Origin: the human T2T-CHM13v2.0 reference genome, Homo sapiens
Assembly: GCF_009914755.1 (NCBI RefSeq)
Contig: NC_060939.1
Length of the DNA: 64,000 bases
Strand: one strand, 5' to 3'
Shown: positions 26,603 through 41,214 of the stretch, in pieces
Layout: each line of letters opens with the position of its first letter
Numbering within the stretch: position 1 is the first letter of the stretch
Program-made: the position numbers and the translations under genes
Notes under the pieces: generated by a model
The model's input: only the letters and a program-made list of their open reading frames with translations
What the model was told of the DNA's origin: nothing
The model's database searches: none

Positions 26603-27139
26603 TCAGTCGGCCTTGGGCAGGGACTTCCTGTGCGAGGGGGGCACGAGGTGGGGGGGCAGGCTGCTGGGCAGCTCGTAGCCGTCGAGCTTGATCTTGATGA
26701 GGTGCTTGGCCAGCGCGAACTCCTCCTCATCAAGCATGCCGTCGCAGTCGCAGTCGGCCAGCTTCCAGATCTTGCCCAGGACGCTGTTGGGCAGCTTGGA
26801 GGTCACCATCTCCTTCTTGGCGTTGACACCTGATATCTTGCCATTGATGGGCGACAGAGTGTAGAAGAGCTCGTCGTAGACGGGCTTGTCTTTGGCCACG
26901 ACCCACTCCTCCTCGTCGGCGCCCTCCTTGGCACCCTCCCCGTAGCCCTGGTTGAAGGGGCCCTCGGTGGTGCCATCGAAGGCGCCGCCCTGCACCAGCT
27001 GCGTGGGCGTGCTCGTCTCCTCCTGGCTGATGAGGTTCATGAGGGGCGAGATCTTGTTGCTCAGCATGTTGTCCACTGCCTCGATCAGCTTGGGCTTCAG
27101 CGAGTGGAATTTGGTGAAGTCATAGTTCTCAAGCTGTTC
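26603..27139 (-). CDS. EHD4: EHD4 last coding exon: helical domain end, GPF linker, EH domain, stop
   Basis: 537 nt, TGA at 26605-26603; LGKIWKLADCDCDGMLDEEEFALA EH/EF-hand motif; C-terminus PPSHRKSLPKAD. Confidence 0.96.
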   Translation of the reverse strand, partial: EQLENYDFTKFHSLKPKLIEAVDNMLSNKISPLMNLISQEETSTPTQLVQGGAFDGTTEGPFNQGYGEGAKEGADEEEWVVAKDKPVYDELFYTLSPINGKISGVNAKKEMVTSKLPNSVLGKIWKLADCDCDGMLDEEEFALAKHLIKIKLDGYELPSSLPPHLVPPSHRKSLPKAD

Positions 27140-28199
27140 CTGCAGAAGGACAAACCACAGGATGGGTTACATGTGGTCTCTTCAGGGGGAAACAGTTGGG
27201 GGCCACTGGAGGGAGACTAATTCTGCCCCAGGCAGACGTCCCACCCACTACTCAGGAGTGCACTCTTTGGGAGCTTCCCACATCCAGATGTACCACATAT
27301 AGGAGTGGTTGTTTTGGAACAAGAAACAAGGGTTTTTCCTATGGCAGCCAATCTCTGCTGGTGGCCGCATGAGCGACAGCAACCTCCGAGGACTCTGAGA
27401 AACCTTCTTTCACCTGCCTTTTTAAAAATGCTCTAGAGTTAGTATTCTATTTCTCAAGGGATTTCACTACACACTTCAGCCGATCTTCATAGCAATCCTG
27501 GGAGGAAGGAGGGGCAGGCATTTAGAACCACATTTTACAGAGAGCTGTGAGGGGCTGTCTGGCAGAGTCAAAGCAGAGCCCCTGTCTCCTGGCTCTTGAC
27601 TAATGCTCTCTGTGCTGGAACACAGAGCTGTGACAGAAGGACTATGTTTACATAAAACAACTAATTAAATACCTTGTTTTCGGAACACGTAAAAAAATGT
27701 AGTGTAGGACAGCTTCTTAGTGGCTCTAACCTCTTATGAATGAGCTGAGGGCGCTACTCAACAGGAACCCCGTAGGACCAGCCCCACCAAGTACGGCCTG
27801 ACCAGGGGCACCTGTGCTACCCCAGGAAGGTATCGAGGCAGGGCCACGGAGACCTTGCATATACAACATAATCATCATGAATCCACTGTCATTTCTAAAA
27901 TATGGACAAATAAGCAAAAGCTGGAACTTGTAAGAGCAGGGAGTAGGGCTGGGGAGCACGAGGGAATAAACGTAGCTGGTAAGCCTGAGTATCACTGGCC
28001 AGGTCAGGACATATCTTAGCTCTACCTGTTGAGTGAGGCAGCCTGTCAGCAGACAGAGCAGCAGAAGCACAGGCTCTAGAGGGGGCCTGGGAAACACTGT
28101 GACTGCCCAACCAGGCTGGGGCAGACTACAGGATGCCACAGAGGCTCTGTGGATGGCACCGTAGAAACTGACCTTCCTACCTTGGTTCTCCTTGGTTAC

Positions 28200-28352
28200 T
28201 CCATCCATCCATCCATCCATCCATCCATCCATCCATCCATCCATCCATCCAACAACCCACCTGTCCAACTAATCCTCCAACTAACCATCCATCCATTCAA
28301 CCAACCCTCCATCCATCCATTCAGCCAACAATTCATCCATCCATCCACCTAC
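28200..28352. repeat. (CCAT)n microsatellite with degenerate extension
   Basis: About 12 perfect units followed by variants. Confidence 0.95.
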
Positions 28353-28584
28353 CCGACCAACTTTTATTTGTCATTTACTCTGCACCAGCCCCTGTTCTGG
28401 GGCTTGGGGATACAGAATAAATATGAAAAGCCATAATTCCTGCTTTAAATGAGCTTATGTTGTAATGGAGGAAGGATACTCCAATTGTTTAAAAAAGGAC
28501 TTGACATAACACAGTGAAAAGGATAACATGAAATCTATAAAGTCATTAGAAAGAAAAAAGCCAAGTCATTAAAAGGGAGAGAGG

Positions 28585-28811
28585 GGCCAGGCTCAGTGGC
28601 TCACACCTGTAATCCCAGCACTCTGGGAGGTCAAGGTGGGAAGACTGCTTGAGCCCAGGAGTTCAAGACCAGCCTGGTCATTAGACCCATATATATATAT
28701 ATACATATGTATGTGTATACATATATGTATGTGTGTATATATATGTATGTGTATATATATGTATGTGTATATATATGTATGTATATATATACATATGTAT
28801 ATATATATATG
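28585..28811 (+). mobile_element. Alu monomer whose tail is a (TATATGTATGTG)n-like array
   Basis: Left arm 28585-28687, TA-rich array 28689-28811, flanked by AGGGAGAG on both sides. Confidence 0.8.
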
Positions 28812-29408
28812 TTAGGGAGAGGAAGGGAATAATCACATCAGATGGCTAAGGTTAAGGAAAACTACCGCCTGTATAAGGAGAAGAGCTCAGTTGCCCAGGG
28901 GGACCCCTGGGGACCCTCACTGTCTAAGGAGAGAAAACACTTGTTTATTGCAAGAGACAAACTTTCTGTGGCTCTGAACTGCGAGAGTTACCTAGAGCTT
29001 TACATGACAGGCTTCAAAGATCTGATGAAAAGTGTCTTCAACAGTAGTTTTATTAAATAAATGCAGAAATGTTCCAGGTATGGCAGGTTTTATATGTGAA
29101 GTATTTCTGTATGTACAGTTCTAGAGGGGGCCAAAGAGAGGCCATGCAGGTGTGCAATTTTCTGGAGATGAGGCAGGGAGATTTGCAAGGAAAAGTCAGA
29201 CCTCGCTGTTTTGGACAGAAGCAATGTGACAGGCTGCTAGGAAAAAAAAAAAAAAACTTGGTGTTATCATAAATATCATGCTTTCTTGTAAAAAAAAAAA
29301 AAAACAGAAAAAACTGGTAAGCAAAACTAAAAATTTAAAATAATTTATAATCTCATCATCTGGCAAAAACCTCTGCTAGCATATCTGGGCATGCATTTCT
29401 AGCCATTA

Positions 29409-29409
<1 letters not shown>

Positions 29410-29454
<45 letters not shown>
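29410..29454. repeat. (CA)n microsatellite
   Basis: Direct reading. Confidence 0.95.
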
Positions 29455-29456
<2 letters not shown>

Positions 29457-31639
29457 AAACAATACCACACTCTTAACAAATAATATGTCATATATTTCTG
29501 TGGTATTAATTTTTACATAACCTTTCTCTTAACAGTTACAGAATATTGAACTTAGACTGTAGAGCTGGGCCATTCTTAATTAACCCTGTCCCCTATAGCT
29601 GGACACACAGGTTGTTTCCAATAGAGAATCAAAATCATGGTCTCTAGGGTGGCAGGGCAGGAATTCTGGGCTGACATTTGGAAGGGGATTCCTGGGTGGT
29701 AGTTGGTGGGGGGACAGAGCTGAGAAATATCAGCTAAACGGGCTGACATTTCTCTAGGGAAGGGACTCTGACATATTCTCAGGAAGTAAAGTCAGCAGCC
29801 ATCAAACCATGCAAACCCAGCGTGTGGCCCCTGCTCAGCTCAGAGCAGCGGGTACTGCAGGCCGGGTCTCTCAAACGCAGTCACTAGCATGTCACTCCTG
29901 ACATCAGCACCAAACAATGCGGCCTGCACTTCGGGCTCCTGCCACCAACATCTCAATGGGCCAAGGAGATGGAAAAGAGAACGCTAAGCAGGTGGAGGAG
30001 CAGGCGTCCCCCACAAAAATCCCAGTGCTGCTGGGTCAACGAGTTTGGATTCCCCGGGTGCGTGAACACCTACCCCATTTCCTTAAGAATGAGCCTGCGC
30101 TCAGAGCGCACACAGAGCCCCTGTGTCTGGCCCAGCAGACAAAGGAGGGTGATGCCTGCCCAAACTTCCCACCAGCCTGCAGGGGCCGTGGATTCCGACT
30201 GCAGAGCTCTGGAAAACTGGCAGGGGGAGTGGCCGCATATTTGCAGGGGTGGACAGGAGGCAGCAGTTATTCCTGTCCTGGGAGGCAGGCAAGAAATAAA
30301 CCCTCCATTCTCATCCCTGTGGTCCCCCCCAGGCTTGACCGGGGACTGCGGGGGCACCAGTTAAACCATCATCATGTCACTCCTGACATCAGCACCAAAC
30401 CATCATCATCCCTGCCCTCTGCCACGGTGAGTCCAAAACAGTTCTTATTGGGATGAATACACACTGGGGAACTTAAAGGTATTTGCCCATCAACAGTTGT
30501 ATCCACTAAGCCAGGACCCTGGAATTGCTCCCTCTCAAGAGGCAAAGGTCAGTTCCCAGCCCCGTCTCTGGTGGGGCTGTCCCTTGCCCATTAATTGCCA
30601 ACATTAACCAGAAGAGTTTTCAAATCCACCAGAGGGTCTGAGCAGATGGGGCTGACTCTGCTGCCCTCTGCTGTTGAAATGCTGCCAACTCATGAGCTGA
30701 GGGGTCCAAATTCTCCTTCCAGTCAGAGGAGCAGAGTCAGCAGTAACGGTGGCCCTTCGGGTGCTCATCTTGTCCTGCAGTATTAACACTGTGCTGTCAG
30801 TCACGGTCCCTCCCCAGAGCGTGCCAGGCACGCACAGGCAGCCACACAGGTGGGTTGCAGGGCCTGTCCCAGCTCAGGGAAGGGCCTTCAGAATACACTC
30901 TCCTCTCACTGCTACAGCTAAGAGTCACTCTGACCAGCTGGCTCCATGAGAGAACAGGGAGAATAACAACCTAAAGCTGGCATCAGCGAGCTCTCTGCGT
31001 GACCCTGATATGTGCAAAGATCACAGTGTGGTCACTTCTAAGCGTATGTCCCCCCTCTGTCAAGGCCTATGTTACAGAGGATGTTAGACTTTAACAGCCT
31101 CAGGGATGGGACAGGCCCTAACCCACACACGCGCCCCTCAAAGCTTCCGGTGACAGCAAGCTAGCTTGCAGTATCAGGTGACACTAAGCATTCCTGACAG
31201 GCTCCAGGCTGCCTTGTTCCTTGGGGATTCTCCGAAGGAATGGGGTGATGTGACTGGGCCTCAGCCTACTTCCCAAGGAGGCCTCTTCCTGCAGCTTCTA
31301 GGGGTTGGCACGGGGAACCCCTGGTCTATAAGCCCTGTGGGAATCGAGGCTGCGTCAGGGCCTGAGAGCCTGCTGTGATATGGCCTTACACTAACTTACT
31401 AATTCACTTGGCTTGTGTGAATTGAGCACTCACCACGTCCTAGATGCTGGGGATATGGCAGTGAACAGGGCATGGGTCACTGACCTCATGGAGCCACAGA
31501 CTTACGTGGGAGAGAGATACTAAATATCAGACATCAGATAATTCAATTACATGGAAGCACAACAGTGCTCATATTGTAACAAGAAACATGTGTCCTTACA
31601 GTGGGGTTGCTGTCAATTATTTTTACCCCCATTTGTTCA

Positions 31640-31934
31640 TTTTTTCTGTTTTTTGACAGGGTCTCCTCTGTCGCCCAGGCTGGAGTGCAGTGGCGTGATC
31701 ATGGCTCATAGCAGCCTCGACCTCCGGGCTTAAGCCATCCTCCCACCTCACCCTCTCAACTGGCTGGGAACACAGGCATGAGCCAACCACACCTGGCTAA
31801 TTTTAAAATATTTTAATGGATATCGGGTCCCACTATGTTGCCCAGGTTGTTCTCCAACCCCTGGACTCAAGCAGTCCTCCCATTTCAGACTCCCAAAGTG
31901 CTGGGATTACAGGCGTAAGCCACTATGTCCAGCC
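31640..31934 (-). mobile_element. AluJ-like element
   Basis: Diverged dimer. Confidence 0.85.
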
Positions 31935-31982
31935 TCATTTGTTCATTTTTTTGTGTTGATTTATTCCAGGGGCCTAGAACAG

Positions 31983-32833
31983 TGATAGCAGCAGGAGGCA
32001 GAAAAATGCTGAGGCAGATAGGGGTGGGTCTCCAGTGAAACCCTATCTTCAAGCCAAAGGCAGTTTAAAGCCTGCAGGCCAAGCTACAAGTCAAATCCAT
32101 GGACTGGATTGAGAACCTGTCTTTCCATTTGGCTGCTTTTCTTTGATTGATCCTCACCCTTCACCTATTTTACATATACCTACCCTTCCCTAATTGTTTT
32201 TACACTGTTATGTCCACCTTTGACTGGTGCCTTTGTTTTAACCTTTTTTGCATACTCACAAATCAATCAGCATGCACTCCTCTATCCTGTGCCTATAAAA
32301 ACCCCAGACTCAGCCACACTGGGGAGATGACCTGACTTCAGGAGAGACAACCCAATCTTCCCATCCCCTCTTCACTGAGAGTTGTTTTGTTGCTCAGTAA
32401 AATCCTCCACCCTCATCACTCTTCAATTGTCAGCATGACCTTATTCTTCTTGGATGCAGGACAAAAGCTTGGGACCCACCAAACGCAGGTACCCAGAAAG
32501 GCTGTAACACTGGCCCTCTGCCCTCACCATTGCAGGGTAGCCGTGCCACTCAACAGAAGCAGTGGTGGGGTCGAGCTGGACCGGAGCCATGGGCCAGAGT
32601 GGGGCAAGAGGGTGACTGAGCTGCTAACATGATGCACAACTAAAAGAGCTAATTAGCACACTGTAGCACCCCCTCTGGGGCTTTGGGGTTGCGGGCATCC
32701 CTGCCTGGGCACTGCCACGTTCCCCTTGGGGTGACACACCTGGTCTGGCTGCAGACCATGCACAGAGCCTGCTCCTATGTCAGCACTTGGAGTGGCTGGC
32801 TGGATCCTGCACTTGCTTGCTCACCCACCTTCC
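31983..32833 (+). mobile_element. ERV1-class solo LTR (MER50/LTR27/LTR28-like)
   Basis: TG start (TGATAGCAGCAGGAGGCAG), TATA-like CCTATAAAA ~32292, AGTAAA ~32396; subfamily from memory. Confidence 0.65.
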
Positions 32834-33426
32834 GTGGTGCTAAGGTACTGGGCATAGACCTGAGTCCAGGTGATTCTCAGCAAAGGCTTGGCCCTCCTTG
32901 TACCCTCCATCTCAGTGGGCCATGGCTGCTCCTGAGATCATGCTTTCCTTGTTGCCTTCCCCCAGCTCAGAGGACCCTGGGTGTCTTCTGACCTGGCCAG
33001 CCCAGGCTAGCTTTGTCATGAGTAGCTCTGGTCCCAGAGCCTGCTCCCTACATTATCGGGCTCACAGGGGACCAGCAGGAGAGGCCTGGCAAGGGAGGCC
33101 TCTGTGGAGCCCCAGGGCTCAAGAGCAGCGTCTCCCTGTGGCAAGGCACTGTAGCAACTTCAGGAAGCCAGCGAGGCACAGAGGCCCCAACTGGGCCACA
33201 GCTCAGGCTCTGTATTTCTTTATAACTTTCATTTAGGTCAAGAAACCAAGTTCCCTTCTGAAATATCTGAAGGGTACAAGGAAACAGCTGTCTTACTCCT
33301 TGGTCATGGGATACAGGGCATAACCAGGGGTGTGAATGGGGAAGTTGCCCAGGGAGACTGCTCCTGGAGGCCACAACAGCCCTCCAATACCACCTGGTGA
33401 CCAGAAAAACCCAATTCAGCTTGTGA

Positions 33427-34132
<706 letters not shown>

Positions 34133-35665
34133 CTCTGAATATATTTTAAAATAAATACAGCTAAAGCATATTGGGTCAGATCAAATATATTAGACTGATT
34201 CACTCTGAATCCAGGTGTAAAGAGCTGTCATCAAAACAGCAAGAAAAACCCACCTCTGAGTTAGTGTATAATTTATATAAAGCTTGCATTAAAAAACCCC
34301 TTAGGATCAAAGTTCCCCTCTCATCACCTGCTGGCCCTTGCCTCTTCTGCCCGACCTTCCCTTCTCCCTGTATCCTCTCTGCTTTCACCTTTCCCTCCTC
34401 CTGCCTCGGGCTGTACCTGCTTGCAGTTTTTAATCTATGCTGGCTTCAATGCTGTCACTCTGTGGCTCAAGGCAAAAGATGGTAACTGGTGGTCTCTGTG
34501 TGCAGCCCATATGCAGGTGGGCTTTGTTTGTCCTACATAGTATTTTTTTGAGCCTAAATGTGAAAATCAGGTGATCTGACATACAAATCCAGATTTCCAG
34601 CTTCTCTTGAGCCTTCCAGGTCTGTAGTCCCACAAGGCAGTGACCACTGGGCTAGACGGGGCTTCTGCATTGTCCAATCTGCCCTGCCATGAGACCCCTG
34701 ACATGTTCTTAGCACACCTCGGGATGGTTTTCTTCCTTGCTGACACATGTTTCTTGGAACCTTCTTCTCTATCAAACGTGGGAAAACCAAAGGCAGCCAG
34801 AGAGGGTGACAGAGTTTCTCTTTCGCCTGGCCTGCTCCACTGTTTGCGTTACTGGGTGGTGGCTGCAGGCATCTGAGTTTGTGGCTCCTGCTTTACAGAG
34901 AGGACTGTGGCCCCCAGGGCAGAGGGGTCCTTGCAGCAGATAAGAAGACGGCCAGCCTGGCTCTGTGAGGACTGTCAGCCCAGAAGCCAGATGGGTGGCC
35001 TCGCTTGTGAGGACACGCTCGTCTAACAGCAGTGCAGAGAGGTAGATATGCCGGTCAGGGCAGGACGGCTGAATGCAGCACCCATTGTTGCCTGGCTGGA
35101 GCTGCCCAGCCACAACTCAAGAGAGGCCTTGACAGCAGGCCAATGGCTGCCCAGCACCAGCCTTTAAGCACAGTCCTCCCTGTGCCCACGCAGTCCAGCA
35201 GCGTCCGCAGAGCCCCACAGCCCCTGCTGGAGCCCTTGAGCCTGCAGCAGCAAGGCTGCCTGAGCACATAATCCCACGGCGTGAGGCAGGTCAGGGCAGG
35301 GCTGGAGGAGGCCGCCCAAGGTGACCCTGAAGGCCACTCCCAGCTGTGATTCCCTCACAGTTCTGGGATTCCAATGTCACCGCAACATCAACCAGCCTCC
35401 TTGGACACAGTCTAAGAGGGCTGCTCACCTGACTTTCTCATGGGAGCTTCATTTACCTTTGGCCATGTGTCTCCTTTGTTTACGCATTTTGGAAGACAGG
35501 CAATTTCTGCTTTATTCATAGCCTATTATCATGGATCACCATTAGGAAGATGCGTTGTCCTTGATCCTAAACCATGGGACTCTCATTTGTCTCCAGCAAA
35601 CAGCCAGACAATGTGGCACTGCACCTCTGCCCTCTGCCCGTGACATTGTAGTGGGCTCCCAGTAC

Positions 35666-35830
35666 CTGCATAGCCTTGACCTCAGGGAAGTCCCCTGCAG
35701 AAATCTGGTATTCTCGCTGTAGCTGAATGTAGATTTCCGGTAGCCTGCTGATAAGCTCTCTCTTCTTGTTTTCCTTTCCAAATACACTTGGCATCTCCTT
35801 CTTCAGGTAGCTGATGATGTAGGCATGCAC
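35666..35830 (-). CDS. EHD4: EHD4 penultimate exon (VHAYIISYLKKEMPSVFGK...EVKAMQ)
   Basis: 165 nt, phase 0/0, EHD-family helical region. Confidence 0.96.
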
Positions 35831-36320
35831 CTGGAGGGGTATAGATCAGGCAGGGAAGTGTCATTTAGAATTGCATCAGAGAAGGAACAAACAAGATTGC
35901 ATCTTAACTCCATCATAACACATAACAGGTACCCACACAAACCAGGTCCCAAGGACAGGAGGAGGGGAGGGTCCAGGGGGAGTGGAGCTGTCCAAGGGTG
36001 GCCGGAATGTGGCCAGACTTGGGGAAATTCTACGGCTACTGTTCTGTTGTGCCTCTGAGTGGCAATTCTGGTGTCTGTAGGGAGTGAGTGGTATGGGTGG
36101 GGCCTGGGTGGGAGAGCTCTTAGTTCTGGCAATTAACCAGAATACCCAGGAGAAAGTTTCACCAGGCTGGTGCCTGGGAGCAACAGGAAATGAAACTGGA
36201 GGCTGGCATCAATGGCTGATCAACATGGAAATCTGTACCCAGTGAACGATGAGATGAGAATCCCCATAACCCCCCTGTTATGGGAGGTTTAGACTCTGAG
36301 ATCTCTACAGGTGGAATTAA

Positions 36321-36848
<528 letters not shown>

Positions 36849-38375
36849 TGAACTTCAGAGTAATTGTGAAGTCAAGTAAGTAACTAAAATAAGAAAGGAT
36901 GAAAAACAGAGTGGTGATTACAAAAAGAAAATGACTATGTAGCAACGGAAAATCCTATTAAAGAAAACAGACTTCTACTGTAATCTTGTAGAAGTTGAAA
37001 TTAAATAAAGGGGGTAAGCAGATACATTCCATAGCTCAGCTGAGGGCCCGTGTGTGGACACATGCTGGACACAGCCAAAAACATTTTGTGAGGATTTGGA
37101 TGCTAACCTAAGTACCTAATGCAAGGTCTGACATGCTGAGGTCAGACAATGTCAACTTCCCATCTGCACAAGGGTCGTTTAACAGAAGCATGCACTGTGC
37201 AGCCTGGCTACCGCTGAGAGGATGGTCTTGGAGAGATGACGCTAAACCTTTCTGTCACCAGCAAACTTGTTTATGTACTTATTTTTCAAATGAAGACAAT
37301 TGAAATGATTTACAAGATTCTTAGAGATAACTTGAGAAACCCGAAGTTTGGGATCCGTTATTTAGAATCCTGGGCTTTAACCGCTGTGATGAGCAAGTGG
37401 TAAGATACCAACTCCTTTGCCTCCGACAGTGAATGCCTGGCTTGGTGTGGGTGGGCTGGGGAGGGCCAGGGCTGAGGGAGCACCCTTGGACTGGAGGAGC
37501 TGCCACGTTCCATCAGGGAGAACCAGCTGCTCACCAGCTGTCCTTGCATCATTTCCTTGGCCTCCACCTTCCTGGAAATTCTGGATTGGGCCTATGAGTA
37601 TGTTCTCTATGTATACCTATGTATACCTCTCTCTTCTGTGCTCAGGCTCACCCCACCCTGGAGCCACCCCAAGGGAAGCAGGAGGCCCCCACAGCTGCTC
37701 AGTCTCCCAAACACAAGGGCTTCTTATTGAGACCACCCCCTTCCCTGCTCTGGGGCCTAGCCCTGGAGCAGCTGCCTAGGCCTCTGTAGGGCTTCCCAAG
37801 AGCCCTCACCACGTACTAGTAAGGTACCTCTGAGCCGCCAGGCCCCAGCTCAGGGAGGGCTTAGTTCCCGCTCATCTGGCTGACTCCTCACCCACTCCCT
37901 GCCGCCCACCCCCCGAGGTTGGGCACACTGTTCCTGAACACTCCCTGGTGCCCAGGGCCTGCTTTACCTGCACTGAACTCAGCTGATGTGCACCTGCCAC
38001 ACCCTTCACCCACTGAGTGTCACCTGATCCCTCGTCTCAGGCCTCATGGTGTTTGCTGGCTGATGACCGAGGTGGCCCCGACACTAGGCCTTCACAGCCC
38101 TGATAAACCTGGGGCTGATCTTGTGCCAGGTCTCAACTCCCTCCTCCTTCCGCCAGCTTGGTGCCACCTGAGTCATGACCCTTAGGTGACCTGCTCACAC
38201 TGCAGCTGCTCTCGGTCCCAGCCTCCACTTCTAGGAAGTTCTGTTAGCGAGGTTTGTGGAAGTCTCCTGTTACGCTGCCTCTGCATGTCCACCCGCGTCC
38301 TGCCCTTCCTGGTGCGCCCTAAACAATAACCCAGGGCCAACTTCTGTGCACAGACCTGCTTTCAGAAGTTCATCA

Positions 38376-38687
<312 letters not shown>

Positions 38688-39869
38688 TCACAAGGTAAAT
38701 TATAATCCTTAGCATCATGAAATACTGAATCTGGAAGTGACCCCCCAATATCTACTTTAATTCCTGGTTCCAGGACATCCATGTGACTCACTCAAGGTCA
38801 TACAGCTAGTTGGTAGATACAGAGCTGGCACTAGCATCCAAGTGCCTCGTTCCTGTCCCTAAAGAACTAATGACTCCCTGTGGGTATGCCCTGTGGGTAT
38901 GCATTAATAATCTTACTGAAGTTGTTCAAAATCTGGAATTCAAAATGAACTGTGTCCCATAGAATGAGTCTGGAAAACTTTGATCTGAGGTTTGACTTCT
39001 GCTCGTGCCTAATTCACTGAGAGGCTTTGGAAGGGTCCTTTATTCTCCCTTTCCCCACACATCAAACACGGACACAATGATGGCACACAAACGTCGGGAC
39101 ACCACGTGGGAATGCGGGTGAAGACTGCGAGCTGCTGGCAGGATGGCATCCTGTCATTTTCTAAAGTCTTCTGGTAAACAGACGGGACAGCTTGAATGAC
39201 TAAAATCCACAGTCAGCCTCCAGAGATCACTCCTGCAATTATGTGTCAAAGGTGTCTCCAAATACATGCCAGACCCAGGGCCAGACCTGGTGGTTGTCCC
39301 TGGGGAAGGAGGTGGAAACACTTGGGTCTTCTGACCTTTATAATGAGAGAAAACTAATTGGGAAGAGGAGGAGTACGAAAGAGAAGAGGGGGACTAGACC
39401 TGGAGCTTGAAGATGAGGCTCAGGCCCCGTGACCACTGCCTACCCACTGAGCAACTTGGGGCCAGGCATGGCATCTCCACCTCAGCGTGCTCATCCACAA
39501 ATTAGAAATGACAACAACATTCATCTCACAGAGTTATTATGAGAATAAAAGAGGTCATGTATTTGAATGCACTCTGCTCACTAGAAAGAGGAGCAAATGT
39601 TAACTTGTTATCAACTAATGGCCAAAGACCAACAGCTGGAGGTACAGTAATGAGAGAGAGGGCTCCCGGCTGGTTACTCCTTACCAAATAATTAATAAAC
39701 TCTCTCTATTTAAATAGTAATATAATGAATTTGGGTTCCAAGTGTTTAATTTACATTGACCCCTGGGGGCTTTTGAACATTCGTATCTTGTTCAAGTCAT
39801 CCTTTGCCTTGTGTAAACTTGCAGAAGCCCTAAGGCATCTAATGGGGATGACTGGGGGAAATCAAATGG

Positions 39870-41214
39870 ATCAAAATGACAAAATGACAATTTTTCTCTA
39901 GGCTAATAACTCAATGAGCAGAAAGGAAAGTCCTTCCTTTTAAATGTATATGAATGTATATGTAGTTCACACGTACACTCTGACACAGATCTCATTGTGT
40001 CCAATGATGTGTGTGTGTGTGTGTGCCTCCAAGACTGAGACACATGTACTAAAGAGTGATACTGGCCACATCTACTCTGGGCTTGGAGGGTAACTTCAGC
40101 GAGTGCTGGATGCTGGAAGCGACCAGTGCTGGAATGAAAAGCTTCATGGAATGTGAGGATCAGGCAGTAGTTTGGGGAAGGCGGGCTGGGAAGGCATGGT
40201 GACACACTGTGCCACGCTCATCTGCAAACTTAACGCAACCTGCTGGAGACCTGCGGCTGGAAGCCCAGCTCTGGAAACCTGCATAGAGTATTTAAAGCCA
40301 GGGTATCAGCACGTTTATAAAGTGGGTTTATGATAATATAAAAAATTCAGTTAATAAGCCTGAGACCCAAAAGATGAACCCATGGGGTAACAAGAGTGTG
40401 AGACTGTGAGAGGCAGAGAAGGGCAGCTGACTTGAGCAAGGGTTTGTTATTCTGCTCAGATCAAAACTGGCACCAATGGCACGTGTAATTCCGTGCAGCC
40501 TTAAAGGGGACCGGAGGGGGCTGCACACTTGTCTGAGGTCAACCTTCAAAGAGACAGGCTTCCATTTATGGGCTCAAGCACTGACACACACACATCCACA
40601 GTAGCTCAGGGCTGCTGACTGAGTTATTTTTAGAGCCCTGCCGAGGACTAGGCAATACCAGGATCTTCATGATCCATTATATCATGATTCTCACACGCTT
40701 TAGCCTGAATCCATTTGGTGCACAAAAAATGCCTCATTTCTTTACAGGAGAATTTTTTTTTTTTTTTTTGAAATGGAGTCTTGTTTTGTCGCCCAGGCTG
40801 GAGTGCAGTGGCACGATCCTGGTTGACTGCAACCTCCAACTCTTGGGTTCAAGTGATTCTCCTGCCTCAGCCTCCTGAGTAGCCAGGATTACAGGCGCCC
40901 ACCTCCACGCCCAGCTAATTTTTGTATTTTTTGTAATTTTTTTGTAATTTTTTTTGTAATTTTTGTATCCAGCACTTGCTGAAGTTACCCTCCAAGCCCA
41001 GAGTAGATGTGGCCAGTATCACTCTTTAGTACATGTGTCTCAGTCTTGGAGACACACACACACACACACACACACATCATTGGACACAATGAGATCTGTG
41101 TCAGAGTGTAAGTGTGAACTACATATACATTCATATACATTTAAAAGGGAGGACTTTCCTTTCTGCTCATTGAGTTATTAGCCTAGAGAAAAACTGTCAT
41201 TTTGTCATTTTGAT
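39870..41214. repeat. Inverted duplication with arms 39870-40111 and 40967-41214
   Basis: Reverse-complement match by eye, about 5 substitutions plus a CA-tract length difference; mirrored ORFs 39903-40205(-) and 40963-41181(+). Confidence 0.95.

Noticed and set aside
27726-28436. MDGW/HPSI repeat ORFs
   Set aside because: Translations of the (CCAT)n microsatellite.
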